Shown in pieces: positions 48,773 through 60,797 of a stretch of DNA of 64,000 bases. Every line of letters starts with the position of its first letter. Position 1 is the stretch's first letter. Source of the stretch: Piedraia hortae CBS 480.64 (lineage: Eukaryota); contig MU005975.1 in the NCBI GenBank assembly GCA_010093745.1, forward strand, positions 124,001 through 188,000, given 5' to 3'. The notes beneath the pieces were generated by a model, which was not told the DNA's origin, searched no databases, and saw nothing but the letters and a program-made list of their open reading frames with translations. Made by a program: the position numbers and the translations under genes.

Positions 48773-50125
48773 ATGGAGTACGGTAAAGCGAACACGGAAT
48801 ATAACCCCAATTCTCTAGATTCATTTGTGCAAGCCGAGATGGCACAGATGGCACATACGTTTCAAAGTTTGAATCGACCGGACAAAAGATTCGGAGGGAA
48901 TGAAAACCGCTGGGTTTTTGGGTTTCGCAGATCCCTTTTATTTGCAGACCAAGAGTTCATTTTAGTTGTGCAGGCAAGCTCTCATCACGCGCTGCTTCGG
49001 GGCTCAGGACGCATATACCTGAAATATGACGACACAGGCTGAGCCGCGCAAGCTGTATACCTTTTACTCGATGCCTTCCGCGATCAGAGAGGAAGCAACC
49101 TGGTTTGCCTGATAAACTCCCAAAGGTGCCGGTTAAACCATGCGCTTGGGCAGCGGAGTATCCGGTTCTGGGCTCCATGGTGGAATCGATGCTCTGCATA
49201 CTCGATATTCCAAACGAGCTGAAAACAGTGCATAGATCAGCACCACCGGAGCAAACGCTGTTGCACGATACGTGAAAAAACATCGATATGGCAAAAGTCG
49301 TGGCGTATAGTCGCGGCATGATTCCCCTTGAACATGCGCTACCAGGGCATTGGATATGGTGTAAAACCTGCGAGAGGTTGGAGTGGCCTGGTGAGAACTT
49401 CGAAACGTGCTCACGTTGCCTGGGTCTAAGGTGTTGTAGCAAACGATGTCAATTCCTAGACTGGAGCAAGCATAGGGTTAACGGCGATTCAAGGGGCGCC
49501 GTGCGTGAGACATTGAAATATCTTACGGAAAGGGCTTGCAAGAACCCGGGAGCTCGTATGCTAGCCGCAAAGATTGATCTTACCCTGCCAGAAGGCCCTA
49601 AGCAGTTTAGCGGGTTTACGTACGTCGGCGCTGGTACTTTTACACGCGAGGTAAAACTAATACGTTTGCAATTTACCGATAACCCGCCTTGTGAGGTTTA
49701 ATATGAGTAGCACGACGAATATGAGGACATAGATCGGCCGGTTTTGGGATAAAGCTGTTATTGACCTCCTTGAAAACATCATCGCAGCTGCTGCTCTAGG
49801 TGTGGCTGAGGACTCCATTCGGGATAGAGCAGATAAAGTCATGGACCCCCATACGCCTCTTTATCCACAGTTCGGAGCGGATATATGGGGATTAGAGATA
49901 GCAAAAATCCTGACATCGCTTCGGTTAAGGTTTCGGAAACTGAAGCCAAGCTGGAAATACTTTAGACAAGCTCTGATGGATGAAATTGGAGATTGGGAAA
50001 GGGCTGTGACACTTTACGGCATGATGGTGGAACTCGCAGACTGCGATGATGTTCCTATACGGAACTGGACTCGTGCCATGATTGCAAGGAGTAGTACAAC
50101 AATGATGAGGTGTGCACCGTGTTAG
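48773..50125 (+). pseudogene. Pseudogenised paralog of the MYND gene at 44637
   Basis: GNENRWVFGFRR, CSRCLGLRCCSKRCQ and WTRAMI are shared; in-frame TGA near 49040 and 49273, plus frameshifts. Confidence 0.85.
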
Positions 50126-50849
50126 TGTGAGCTTTGGGAAGCAACACGTGAGGTAGGAAATATTGAAGTCATATGCTCAAGGTTCGGGGATGATTCCGTA
50201 TTTTCATTGCTTCTTGTTTGCAAGTTATCAGCAATTTATGCTGAGGTTTGATGAAGATAAGCCTAGTGTTGTCACCAAGGTTTTGCAAACGCTCAATGCC
50301 TTTGTGTTCAGCTGACTCATCTTTGACGTCGTCCAAAACGGAGATCGGATCTACCATGTGAAAGGATCGCAGGTTGACCACTCCCGTCATCCGCTTGCTA
50401 CCCAAATGGTTTCTATTGGGAACTGAGGTATCTCCGGGATGGAGCATCAGATGCTTGAACCTCGTCACCGTACTGCATGAGCGGAACATGTTCCACGAGT
50501 CATAAGCAACGTGTCAGAAGTTGTAGTGCGGGATCCACGTCGCGTCGTGCGCGCAAAGACTACGTAATTTGCGCCATTAGAGAGTGCTGAGGCTACGCGA
50601 CATCAAAACCAGCGTACAAACTGAAGGCTATTGATATCAGAGTTGAGACCAGGAAGGAGTACCTTTGGTGACATCATGCAACATCTAGCTACAGAAATTC
50701 AGCTCCATATTCTGTTGGATTTAGTGAATATAGGAATGGAAAGTGACATGACAGATAATGTTGTTGCTGCTACCCCTTTTCTAAGACTCTAGAGGAGATG
50801 AGGTTACTAGTCACCCTAGCCCTATCGGGACTGGCTCCCGACTAACATC

Positions 50850-51211
50850 AATAGGATTCAAGCATTGCCGCTAGCGCGTATGCAGGACACTTGCTTAGCA
50901 AGTCAGCGATACCTCCTACACTACAAGCTGCACCCTAGGTTTTTCCCTCACAGAGGTTTTCCCTCAGGGTCATGTCATATGTGACGTGGCGAATGCGCCC
51001 TGCTAGTGTACGACGTGACTTCACCGGCCCACCGGTACAGAATTTTATTCTGAACGTCCCCTCATTGAGATAGATAGTCATTCACACTTTCATATCGACA
51101 CTGATATTGACTCATATCCATCTGCATCTGTCCTGTCCCTGATTCCGTCTATCGCTTCGTCCTCTTAGTTCGGGACGCTGCGCACTCCCATCAACGAGAG
51201 CCTTCGCTACA
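50850..51211 (+). mobile_element. Solo LTR, family A
   Basis: GGATTCAAGCATTGCCGCTAGCGCG...TCGCTACA. Confidence 0.92.
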
Positions 51212-51331
51212 AATTCTGCAAAAGTCCAAGGAGGATCCTGATGTACTATTCAATGTCACCCTCACCTGCAAGGGCATATTTGATGCTGCCACCAATATTA
51301 TATGGCACGATGCACCATTCAACATCTTCTT

Positions 51332-51693
51332 TGTTGGATTCAAGCATCGCCGCTAGCGCGTATGCAGGGCACTTGCATAGCAAGTCAGCGATATCTCCTA
51401 CACTACCAGCTGCACCCTAGGTTTTTCCCTCACAGAGGTTTTCCCTGAGGGTCATGTTATATGTGACATGGTGAATACGCCCCGCTAGTGTACGACGTGA
51501 CGTCACCGGCCCACCGGTACAGAATTTTCATTCTGACGTCCCCTTATAGAGACACATAGTCATTCACACTACCATACTGCAACTGGTATTTTGACTTACA
51601 TACATCTACATCTTTCCTGTCCCTGATTCCGTCTATCGCTCCGTCCTCTTTGGGTCGCTGTGCACTCTCACCCACGAGAGCTAAATATCTACA
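51332..51693 (+). mobile_element. Solo LTR, family A, perfect TSD TTCTT
   Basis: TTCTT-TGTTGG...CTACA-TTCTT. Confidence 0.96.
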
Positions 51694-52164
51694 TTCTTCA
51701 AGCCTCCTGCCAATCGAAGACAGCTTTACGCGAGTAGGGTACAGACTTTGAATGCAGTATGTTCAAACATTTCTGGCGGGCAGTTTAACAAATAGGATTT
51801 GCCCATTGACCAAATGTGTGAATTCCACGAAATTGCGAAGTACCTTGAGTTCCCACGTCTCTGAGAGCTCAATTCTGGGTGTGATTGCGCTACTGGACAT
51901 TCTGTGAACCAGTGCTTTCAAAGGTGCAGAGATTGTACATCGTTGCACGCGATATGTATGAGTACGTTATGTCTCTGATAGCCCAATGCTCTGGTTTGAA
52001 GAAATTGATCGTCAATCAAGTTGATGACTTGAGGGATTCACAGTTTGGACCGCTGCTAGGTGTGTTCTTGCCGGAGTATGTGGCAAGCAATGGTGTTTGA
52101 GGCACATATATGTGTGACCATGTGCGTGTATGTATGTGTCGAGGAGAGGCGGTGAGGTGTAGTG

Positions 52165-52718
52165 TGAAACAGATGATGTGTGCGAGTGATAACGATGGGC
52201 GGAGAGCAGAGGTGTGTGATACAGGTGTATCTACGAGGGGACATCAGAGAATTTATTCTGGGCCGGTAGGCCAGTAGGTAGCCTCGTATGAGGAGTCATC
52301 AATCGTATGACCGTAAGATAATGGTCATACACGCAGTAAGACTGTCATCATGCGATCTACTCTATGACTCAAACAGTATCAGGACCCCTTCGTGGCTTTT
52401 TGAAGTGAATTTACGCACAATAGTGTTAGACTACCTCTATCACGACCTCCCCACGTTTTACAGGAAATTGACGAAGGTGCGGTGTAAAACTGAGGTATTG
52501 TCTAAGGTATCTCTATCTTCTGCGGTCGAGCGGCGAGGAGCTGCTCTTGAACCTAAGTTCTACATCACCTCTTCCAAGACACACATATTCACCATGTCGC
52601 ATGCAAAATGACCCTGAGGGAAACCTCTGTGAGGACAAAACCCAGGGTGCAGCTGGTGGTATAAGAGGTGTCGTGAAGTGGCATCGTACACTGATAGCAA
52701 CAAGACTTCATGCCAACA
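52165..52718 (-). mobile_element. Solo LTR, family C (TSD TAGTG/AAGTG), split by a family D insertion
   Basis: TGAAACAGAT...CATGCCAACA; reverse complement of 61864-62239. Confidence 0.85.
52391..52585 (+). mobile_element. Solo LTR, family D
   Basis: Matches 25891-26085; flanks CCTT/TATT where uninterrupted family C has CATT. Confidence 0.82.
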
Positions 52719-54948
52719 AAGTGCGGAACTTCAGCTCACGCTAACCCAGGTCTAGCCACATTCACCGAGATCACGTCAGCGAGCACGTACAGAGTATGAA
52801 CGAGACCGTGTCTTGTCCCAGGGAAAACTCCCTCCTATGGAAGTAAAAACCCTGAGAAGCATCAACCTCTATCTAAGCTCGCAGATGTGACCTGGCTGTA
52901 TATTACGGCCAGCTTCCTCGGATGTCGCTTTAAGTAAATTTGTCAGAATGACGTCTGAAATCCAAGAGGGAGTACCCGAGGACGCCATTCAGACTTCAGA
53001 ATCCGGGACGTCACTGAGACGTGTTAGATTGACGAATTTTCGATGCGAAGGTCCAGGACGTAACGAAGGATGTGTCAAGTTGACATGATTTCGACGTGAA
53101 TATGACACTTGTATGATCTCACTCATCCACAAGTACACGTAAGATTGATAGAATTTCCCGTTGAACTTGGATGATGATTCCAGAGTGCAAATTAGACATT
53201 CGAACTCATTATGCAAGATTCCAAGTTTTCCCACGCTCCGGAGCAGTATTTGCGATTGGCGAACATTATGTGGAACTTGAGGCTTCCCAAGTTACCTTTG
53301 AGGAAGATTTTTAACGCCTAGGAGTTGGGGTGTATCTCGTGATACCTGACGGATGACACCTTGATTCACTTGTATAGTATTATTACTATACACCTATGCA
53401 TATACACCTTCTCCCCATTCTATCCTTCTCACCCATTATTCCCTCCAACTCTAGGACAAGTCATGGTCCTGCTCATATTTAGCGCGTGCTCTGCGACGTG
53501 CTCTTGTCGATCGCTGCTATAACCCAATTTCAACCAGACCTGGTTAGGGCGTGGTGATGTTCTTTATTTCGCCTCACCTCACCCCACTTTATATTCTTGC
53601 ACACACAATGACATGTACGTGCGCCTTCGTCATGGTCGAGCGATCTGACACCCAATTATTCGCCATGCACCCACGTTTCACTTCCACTGTTGGACCTTGT
53701 CGGAGGGGTGAACCTCCGATAGCTAATGCGGAAACGTAGACTAATGACAAGTTTGTGCCCTTCTGTGACCAAAAGGTGGATTTAGAAGTGTATGACGATG
53801 TGAAGTGAATCGGATAAACCATCTCGACTCTACCTCAGTCTAGCCACACTTGCGAGGATGAAGTTAGCGAAACATGCACTCAACATGAACGAGACATTGA
53901 CCCGACTCAGGGAAAATTTCTTCTTCAAAGGCAATAGCCTGAGGAGCCTCGACCTCGATCTAAGACCCTCCAACATGAGCCGTGTGCAGAGGCGACCTGG
54001 CTGCAAACCGCGCGAGATGGCTGACCGTATCACAAGCCTTCACCTCCGACATTTACATATACCCACTACTAGTGGTTAATTTATGATTCTATCGTCCCAG
54101 CAGAATCCCAGGCGGCGATTCTGCGATCTTCCCGGATCCCAGTAGATCAAATACCACCACCAGTCCTTTTGAGGATAACTCTTTAGAGGTTTCCAATTTC
54201 TACAAGGCCTACTTGCGCCGGGAGAGGATATCCGGTAAGATAACATTGAGTCAAATGGCATATTGCTGAGGTCAATGATAGTGCAAGGTTATCCGAAGAT
54301 GATCTCAAGCGGTGAAAAAGGACAAGAGAAATGGTGCAGGAGGTAAGTGGGTCCCGGTTAATTCCCTGCTAGATCCAGGCGAAAAAGTCGGGGAAGTCGC
54401 TCGACAAAGCTACGGAATAAATAATGAAGGACATGCAATGAACTTGAGTCGGTTTATCAGGTAGAAGCAAATTCACTAAACGGAACACTATCCTTAAACG
54501 TCAATTTGATCTCTTCTAATGCGCTTCTATTCCGTCGCTGCCACGTCACTCCGATGAGGAACTTTGACGTCCCTCAGACTTCTGGTCCAGGGATGTATTT
54601 CGGATGTCTCATTGAGATCAAATGATCGGTCCTGAGGACGGACTCTGAGTCTTGAAAGTCATCATATGACGTCCGAACAGTCTGGCTGTGCATAAGTGGC
54701 TGTTTTTTGGGAGAGGCTGCGCTGCCATATTGTTGTGAATATGCGGTATATTACGCGCATTATTAGTAACCGTCGCTCGGCTCTCGACTTCACGCGTCAA
54801 CTAGTTTTCCGTAGAGATTTGTATGCAGGTACACATCTGCTCACAATTATAATACATATCTGCTCGAGAGATCTGGTCGGCCTAGGGTTAGGATTGTGCG
54901 CTACACCCAACCAATCCACCAACCAACCGAGCAGCAACTCCCCATCCA

Positions 54949-56514
54949 ATGGTAGCTTGTCCCATCTGTGATAAACAGGTTGAAGAGGTCAACATTAATC
55001 GACATCTTGATTCGAACTGTCACGACCTTATTGACCTTCCGACCGCGGAGAAGCCAAAGGCGCATCCGGCCGCGTTCTTTACGCGTCCAGCACCCAAAGA
55101 TGATGCTTCACTCTCATCGCCCACGCCTGTTCCCTCAACTGCGCCTCCAACGCGCGGTAAAAAGCGACCCATAGAGGCAAGTAGCGACGTTCCACCAAAA
55201 CGGCCAAAGAACGCGCACGCGCCGTTAGCAGAGCGGATGCGACCACAGAGTCTCGATGAAGTCGCTGGACAAGAACTTGTTGGTCCCAAGGGAGTACTGA
55301 GACATTTGATTATAACGGATCGCATACCTTCCATGATATTGTGGGGCCCCGCTGGCACGGGAAAGACGACAGTCGCGAGGCTCATTGCACAGACGTCAGG
55401 AACGCGATTTGTGGAGATCAACAGCGCATCTACCGGTGTGGCGGAATGTAAGAAGCTTTTTACTGAGGCCAAGAATGAGCTCAGCCTAACTGGACGCAAG
55501 ACCGTTGTTTTTTGTGACGAAATCCACCGATTCAGCAAGAGCCAGCAGGATATATTTCTGGCACCTGTAGAGTCTGGCACAATTACGCTGATTGGAGCAA
55601 CAACCGAGAACCCCAGTTTCAAGGTAATCCACGCGCTCCTGAGTAGATGTCGTACCTTTACCTTGTCCAAGTTGTCAGATGAGACTGTTTTCTCTATCCT
55701 CCAGCGCGCCACTGCTGCCGAACTCTCTGGACGAAGTAAGAACGGGTCGTCTAGCTATCATCTTATTGAAGGTGGCGCTATGCTGCAGTACCTTGCCAAA
55801 TTCGCGGATGGAGATGCCAGAACGGCGTTGAACTTGCTTGAACTCACCCTAGACCTTTGTTCAAGGCCCGGAACAACGGAAGAGGAAGTTAAAAAGAGCT
55901 TAACCCAAACATTGGTTTACGACCGCGCCGGGGAACAGCATTACGACACCATCTCCGCCTTCCACAAGTCCCTCCGCGGTGGCGATGCGGATGCCTCCCT
56001 CTATTACCTTGCGCGTATGCTCGAGGGTGGTGAGGATCCCCTTTTTATCGCGCGACGAATGGTTGTGATGGCCAGCGAAGACGTCGGGCTCGCCGATAAC
56101 AATATGCTTCCCCTTGCCACGGCAGCTTACACAGCAGCAGAGAAAATCGGAATGCCAGAGTGCAGAATCAACCTTGCACATTGCACCGTTGCCCTTGCCC
56201 TGGCAGAGAAGTCTACCCGCGCATACAGAGGTCTCAATGCGGCTTACTCTGCCATGAAGGACCCTGCCATCGCTGGACTGCCGATCCCAATTCATTTGCG
56301 TAATGCGCCTACTGAGCTGATGAAGGAATTGGGGTATGGGAAGGGGTACAAGTATAATCCTGACTATTACAAGGGACGAGTCAAGCAGAATTACCTGCCC
56401 GAAGGGATTCAAAATGTGAAGTTCCTCGAAGACAGAGATTTGGGTCTAAAGAGAGACTCTGACATTGATGATTCTGAATATTTCTATGACATTGACTCGC
56501 CTGCGAGCGGGTAG
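54949..56514 (+). CDS. MGS1: AAA+ ATPase Mgs1/WRNIP1 with N-terminal UBZ zinc finger
   Basis: CPIC...INRHLDSNC, PLAERMRP, GPAGTGKTT, DEIHRF, GATTENPSF, ASEDVG and HLRNAPT motifs. Confidence 0.97.
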   Translation: MVACPICDKQVEEVNINRHLDSNCHDLIDLPTAEKPKAHPAAFFTRPAPKDDASLSSPTPVPSTAPPTRGKKRPIEASSDVPPKRPKNAHAPLAERMRPQSLDEVAGQELVGPKGVLRHLIITDRIPSMILWGPAGTGKTTVARLIAQTSGTRFVEINSASTGVAECKKLFTEAKNELSLTGRKTVVFCDEIHRFSKSQQDIFLAPVESGTITLIGATTENPSFKVIHALLSRCRTFTLSKLSDETVFSILQRATAAELSGRSKNGSSSYHLIEGGAMLQYLAKFADGDARTALNLLELTLDLCSRPGTTEEEVKKSLTQTLVYDRAGEQHYDTISAFHKSLRGGDADASLYYLARMLEGGEDPLFIARRMVVMASEDVGLADNNMLPLATAAYTAAEKIGMPECRINLAHCTVALALAEKSTRAYRGLNAAYSAMKDPAIAGLPIPIHLRNAPTELMKELGYGKGYKYNPDYYKGRVKQNYLPEGIQNVKFLEDRDLGLKRDSDIDDSEYFYDIDSPASG

Positions 56515-57256
56515 TTGTCAGAGAATGCTTGTCCACATGGGTCGCAGGATATTAGGACCGGTCACGACTTTCAGTGTTGTTCAGGGTAGTGCGCAACTGG
56601 ATTGTTTGACCGATGGCGGGGCTATCGATACCTGGATATAGATCTGGAAGGAATACCCAGGGATTTTGAATGGCAGTGTTTGGTTACTACGGTGGCCATG
56701 CTGTCGCTCTCAAGAAGACGAAGTGGCTCGAGGTCTTGGCAGGCTGTACAAGGCGGTGGCCAGTGTCGATCCTTGCCGGTGCCTCGGCATATCGATTATG
56801 CGTTCGACATTGTTGTCGCTGATAGATTAGTTGTTTCTCGTACATAGTTCCGCCCACCAGCTCTGGCGAGCAGTCGCATTGTTGTCTTTCATCACTGTTG
56901 CCTCTGCTCACACCAGTGATAGGACTGGCTTTGTTCCCACTGTCTTCGCTTCCATAACGAATGCGCAAGTCAGATATAATGACTTGTGAACAATCAGAGT
57001 TCTATAACGTCAAGTTTCGAGCAACTGCCTCAAAATTAGAACAGCGAAAGGCCTTTGAACCTCGGGTCCTCAGATGAGCTACGAATATATGCTGCGGTAC
57101 ATGGACTGCAGACATTTACTGAGGACACCACAGGGAATCTCGGCGCTAGCATGCGGGTCCAACTGGGCCGGGTCCACTTCGGCTCGCTCTGCCCCGTCTG
57201 TGGGTCCTTTCTGTGAACGGTTATCGTTCCGCTTCTCTCTTTCAAGCAGGACGACG

Positions 57257-57520
57257 TGTGAGACGGTAAACCCTCTCATATAGTATACAGCCAGGTCGCA
57301 ACTGCGAGCTTAGATAGAGGTTGATGCTTCTCAGGGTTTTTACCTCCATAGGAGGGAGTTTTCCTGGGACGAGGCACGGTCTCGTTCATACTCTGTACGT
57401 GCTCGCTGACGTGATCTCGGTGAATGTGGCTAGACCTGGGTTAGCTTGAGCTGACGTTCCGCACTTCAACTCCCCACATGACATCAGCTCAACCACAGTC
57501 ACACATACATGTGCCTCACA
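57257..57520 (+). mobile_element. Solo LTR, family B
   Basis: Ends TGTGAG...CTCACA; other copies at 9437 and 52096. Confidence 0.88.
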
Positions 57521-57747
57521 CACCATTGCATGCCAAATAATCCGACAGTACGTGGTGGTTGCTGTTTATCTGCGTGGAACAATTGACATCTGCGTGTCTC
57601 CTCCGCTTTTCTATTTCGCGGTGGCATTCAACAAGCCGTTTTTTTCTTTCGTCAGACCTATTATGGAGGATGCAGTTTGTCTCGCTACGCTGGCTACCGG
57701 CAAACAAACTGGTTGAATGAAAAGTGAAGCAACCATTCCGTTGTCTC

Positions 57748-57850
57748 TATCATGACGAAACTCCTTCCTCCATTCGCAGTTTCCACGCGAGCCCCACCGA
57801 GGACCCCAAGGGAGCCGCTGAGCGTAATACCTCCTTGGATGTCTGATTCC
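57748..57850 (+). ncRNA. U14: U14 (snR128) box C/D snoRNA, possibly a diverged copy
   Basis: Box C-like ATGACGA at 57752, domain A CATTCGCAGTTTCCAC at 57771-57786, domain B TCCTTGGATGT, box D CTGA at 57843. Confidence 0.85.
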
Positions 57851-58790
57851 TTCTAACAGCAATTTGTTTGCTATGATCAGGGCGTTTGCTAAGAGAACAC
57901 TTTAGGTGACTCATGGCGAACTAAATCAAAGTAAGTCAGTCGTTTTTTTCCATTTTTGGTCGACTTTAGCGATCGCGAGATCCAAAAATGAAGAAAAAAC
58001 AAAAAGGGAAACAGAACAACGCAAAAGTAGCATGGATTACAATACTCTATCCTCTCCCCCAGGGTCATTGGGGGAGAGCGGTCTATAAACGTTGCAGTTT
58101 CGCCACCCGAGCTCCGCAGAGGAAAAATAAGGAAATGTGCAATCCATGTCATCATGGTGCGAAACAATGAACCTCAACTCCGCTATCTCCACATGATCTG
58201 CGCTTGCGTAAGCACCCTCTTGCTCGAAGATCGTCCGAGACTATCTCAGTTCGTTTTTTCATGAAGCTTTGCAAAAACAACCTGCATGGAAATCTGTCGA
58301 TGCCGTCTGATTTTGCCTCATCCTTCCACATCTGGACCCTACATTGAACCCACCCAAGTTAAGTGCAGCCTCAGGTGGTCTCAGACAGACGCGTTAAACG
58401 CTGGCTTCTATATAAACACGCGAGGACTGAAGATGATCGCCTTGACATGGGTGGATTTAATTGCACGCGCAAGGACCGTACGCAGTAAACCACGAGTAGA
58501 ACCTTTTTACGTCGGCTTTGGTCTTTGGTCCAAATCTTCGTCTCAGTCATTTGCGACGCAACGTAATGCGATACGAAATAATATTACAGCTCACAAAATC
58601 CCATCACAAAATTGCTCCCATCAAGAGCCTCAAAGCCAAGATCACCAAGCTGAACAGTCTTGGCCACAAATTCTGCCAGAACAACGCACAGTGATTGCCA
58701 ACTCTTCTTGTGAATTACTAAAGACGAGGTCAGAGACAATTGAATGTTCTCTGCCAACCTGAGAAGGCTTTCGTTAGCAGAGCCTCGCCC

Positions 58791-59030
58791 AAGCGCGTTG
58801 GCTTGCAGCTGGGTTCGAACTCACTCCGCTGCCAAGTTCTGTACGCCAACGAAGTGGAGAAGCCAATGCGCGCCACGAAGGAGCGCTCTTATGTGAAGTA
58901 CAAGGCCTCGCATGTCGCCAGTTTTGATAATAAAAAGCCCTGCGCCAGCAGAAAGCGCGTTGGCTTGCAGCTATCTACCAACCCGCTTTGCTGCCAACTC
59001 CTATGCGATGAGGTAAAACGGCCGACCCGC
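58791..59030 (+). repeat. Two diverged copies of an 80-bp unit, period about 162 bp
   Basis: AAGCGCGTTGGCTTGCAGCT...GCTGCCAA at 58791 and 58953. Confidence 0.75.
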
Positions 59031-59658
59031 CAAATGAAAAGGCAAACTCTTGCTAAGCGCGAGAACTCGGAGCTCGGTGTATATATCATCTTCAGCCGTG
59101 GCAAGATACAGTGGAGATAGAGTTGCCCTAGAGCGTGGGAATGTCGATATGCGGTGTAGAGAAGAGTCAATGATAACAATGATGATAAATCCGTCTGTAG
59201 AGGGAGCGTAGATATGAAAGCTTTCAGAACTCTTCCTCGGTGTATTGCTGACTCTATCCCCCTCCGAAGGATTGTTGGGGTTGATTTGTATGTCAGAAGT
59301 ACCCGGAATGCCGCCCTGAATGGGTTGCGCCACCCTCAGGCAAGGGACTAGGGATGCGGATATGATCATGGCAGTAACACAGTTGAGCAGCCCCGTGCGT
59401 ATAGGGGCTATTGATCAATGGTGAAAAACAGAGGCAACACGCTAGGCTCGGCCCGGTCTACTTGAGTTGTCATCAATCTGCTGCCAATCCTCAACACCCA
59501 TGATGGACAAGGAATAACGCCAAACTCTAACAATGAGGTCAACTTCCTCAAACAATGGAAGCATAGTATTTTCTATACTCCACGTTATGGGGCAACAGCG
59601 ACGCATTGCATCATTGCAACATCCCACGACCCACTTCCATTTGCTTCACATAATGTAT

Positions 59659-59722
59659 ACATCGCATCAAGTTCGAATGACCAAGCTCATACATCGCATC
59701 AGGTTCGAGGGACCAAGCTCAT
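59659..59722 (+). repeat. 32-bp tandem duplication
   Basis: ACATCGCATCAAGTTCGAATGACCAAGCTCAT followed by a near-identical copy. Confidence 0.8.
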
Positions 59723-60023
59723 TCATCCACATCAACCTAACCATCCAAATGCCCAGAAAATACCCCTTTCCCTTCGCACATGTACACCTGCTGAACCCCA
59801 TGACGGAGTGTTACTACCCACACGGGTGGGATTGTCAACATACGTCAACGGCGGGCTTTCACACAGGCCAACACCGACACATGTCTTCTCTGCATCCATT
59901 TCTGTCCCTCTTCAACAACACACGCTACATCCAAATCTCTACATATCCAACTTTCTACGCACACACAAATTTCCAAACCCATAAACACACCCATCCACCA
60001 TCTAACCCCTTACCCAAATAACA

Positions 60024-60797
60024 ATGCCTCACCCTACAACAGCAAAGCTGATGAAACCTTCCCCCCTCATTGCAGCACAAGCAGCCAGATACTTAGCCAA
60101 AACCAAATACTGCATCCGCGGAGCCTCCCTCCGCGTGAAGAAGTTCACCCTCAAGGGCTGCTATGCTTTCGATGAGGATGATGGCCCGACGGAGTCGCCG
60201 AGGATTGTGTCTTGCCCGGAAACGGAGCCGAAGGTGGCGCATGTGTCGAAGCGGATAGGCGGAGATAAGAGTGGGGATATGGGTGGGCATTACTCGGCGG
60301 GATTGATTTCTGATTTGAAAGAGATGAAGCATGCCGGCTCATCCGAGAGCGAGAATATGGATGGTGTGTCTAATGATAGAGATGAGGCTGCGGGTCTGGA
60401 GGTGATGAGTGCGAGTGAAGATTCGGATTATACGAGTGTGGAGCCTAATGATGGAGATAAGACTGCGACGAAGCCAGCAAGTTCGTCTGGTAGCACGGGT
60501 ACATGTGCCGTTTCGAGTGAGGGCAACGACTGGTCGGAGTCTATGGTCGTGGTGATTGAAGAGAAATACGTTGAATTGTCTACCAGCCATGACACCGGTG
60601 TATTCTATAGTGACGGGGGCAATGTCGCGCAAGTTACTGAGAAGTGTGCTTGTTCCACTTCGAGCGATGATATGGGTGTATTTACCAGTGAGGGGAAAGA
60701 CGGGTCGGACTCGACTTGCGTGGCGATGATTCAAGTTGAAGAAGAGAAGGTTGCCTGCTCGTCAGGGAGGGAGATGTCCAGTGAAGGGCATTACTAG
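60024..60797 (+). CDS. Hypothetical Ser/Glu-rich protein with an internal repeat
   Basis: 257-aa ORF with ACAATG start context; GVF.S.G and SSEG.D.S units repeat; C-to-G gradient like the real genes here. Confidence 0.55.
   Translation: MPHPTTAKLMKPSPLIAAQAARYLAKTKYCIRGASLRVKKFTLKGCYAFDEDDGPTESPRIVSCPETEPKVAHVSKRIGGDKSGDMGGHYSAGLISDLKEMKHAGSSESENMDGVSNDRDEAAGLEVMSASEDSDYTSVEPNDGDKTATKPASSSGSTGTCAVSSEGNDWSESMVVVIEEKYVELSTSHDTGVFYSDGGNVAQVTEKCACSTSSDDMGVFTSEGKDGSDSTCVAMIQVEEEKVACSSGREMSSEGHY

Larger units (their letters stand above)
52096..52905 (-). mobile_element. Solo LTR, family B, split by a family C insertion
   Basis: 52096-52164 and 52719-52905 together match the reverse complement of 57257-57520 and 9437-9695. 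Confidence 0.85.
51212..53320 (+). pseudogene. F-box/LRR-like pseudogene broken by several LTR insertions; right end approximate
   Basis: LFNVTLTCKGIFDAATNIIWHDAPFNIF continues across the LTR as FKPPANRRQLYASRVQTL, later CSGLKKLIV. Confidence 0.75.
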
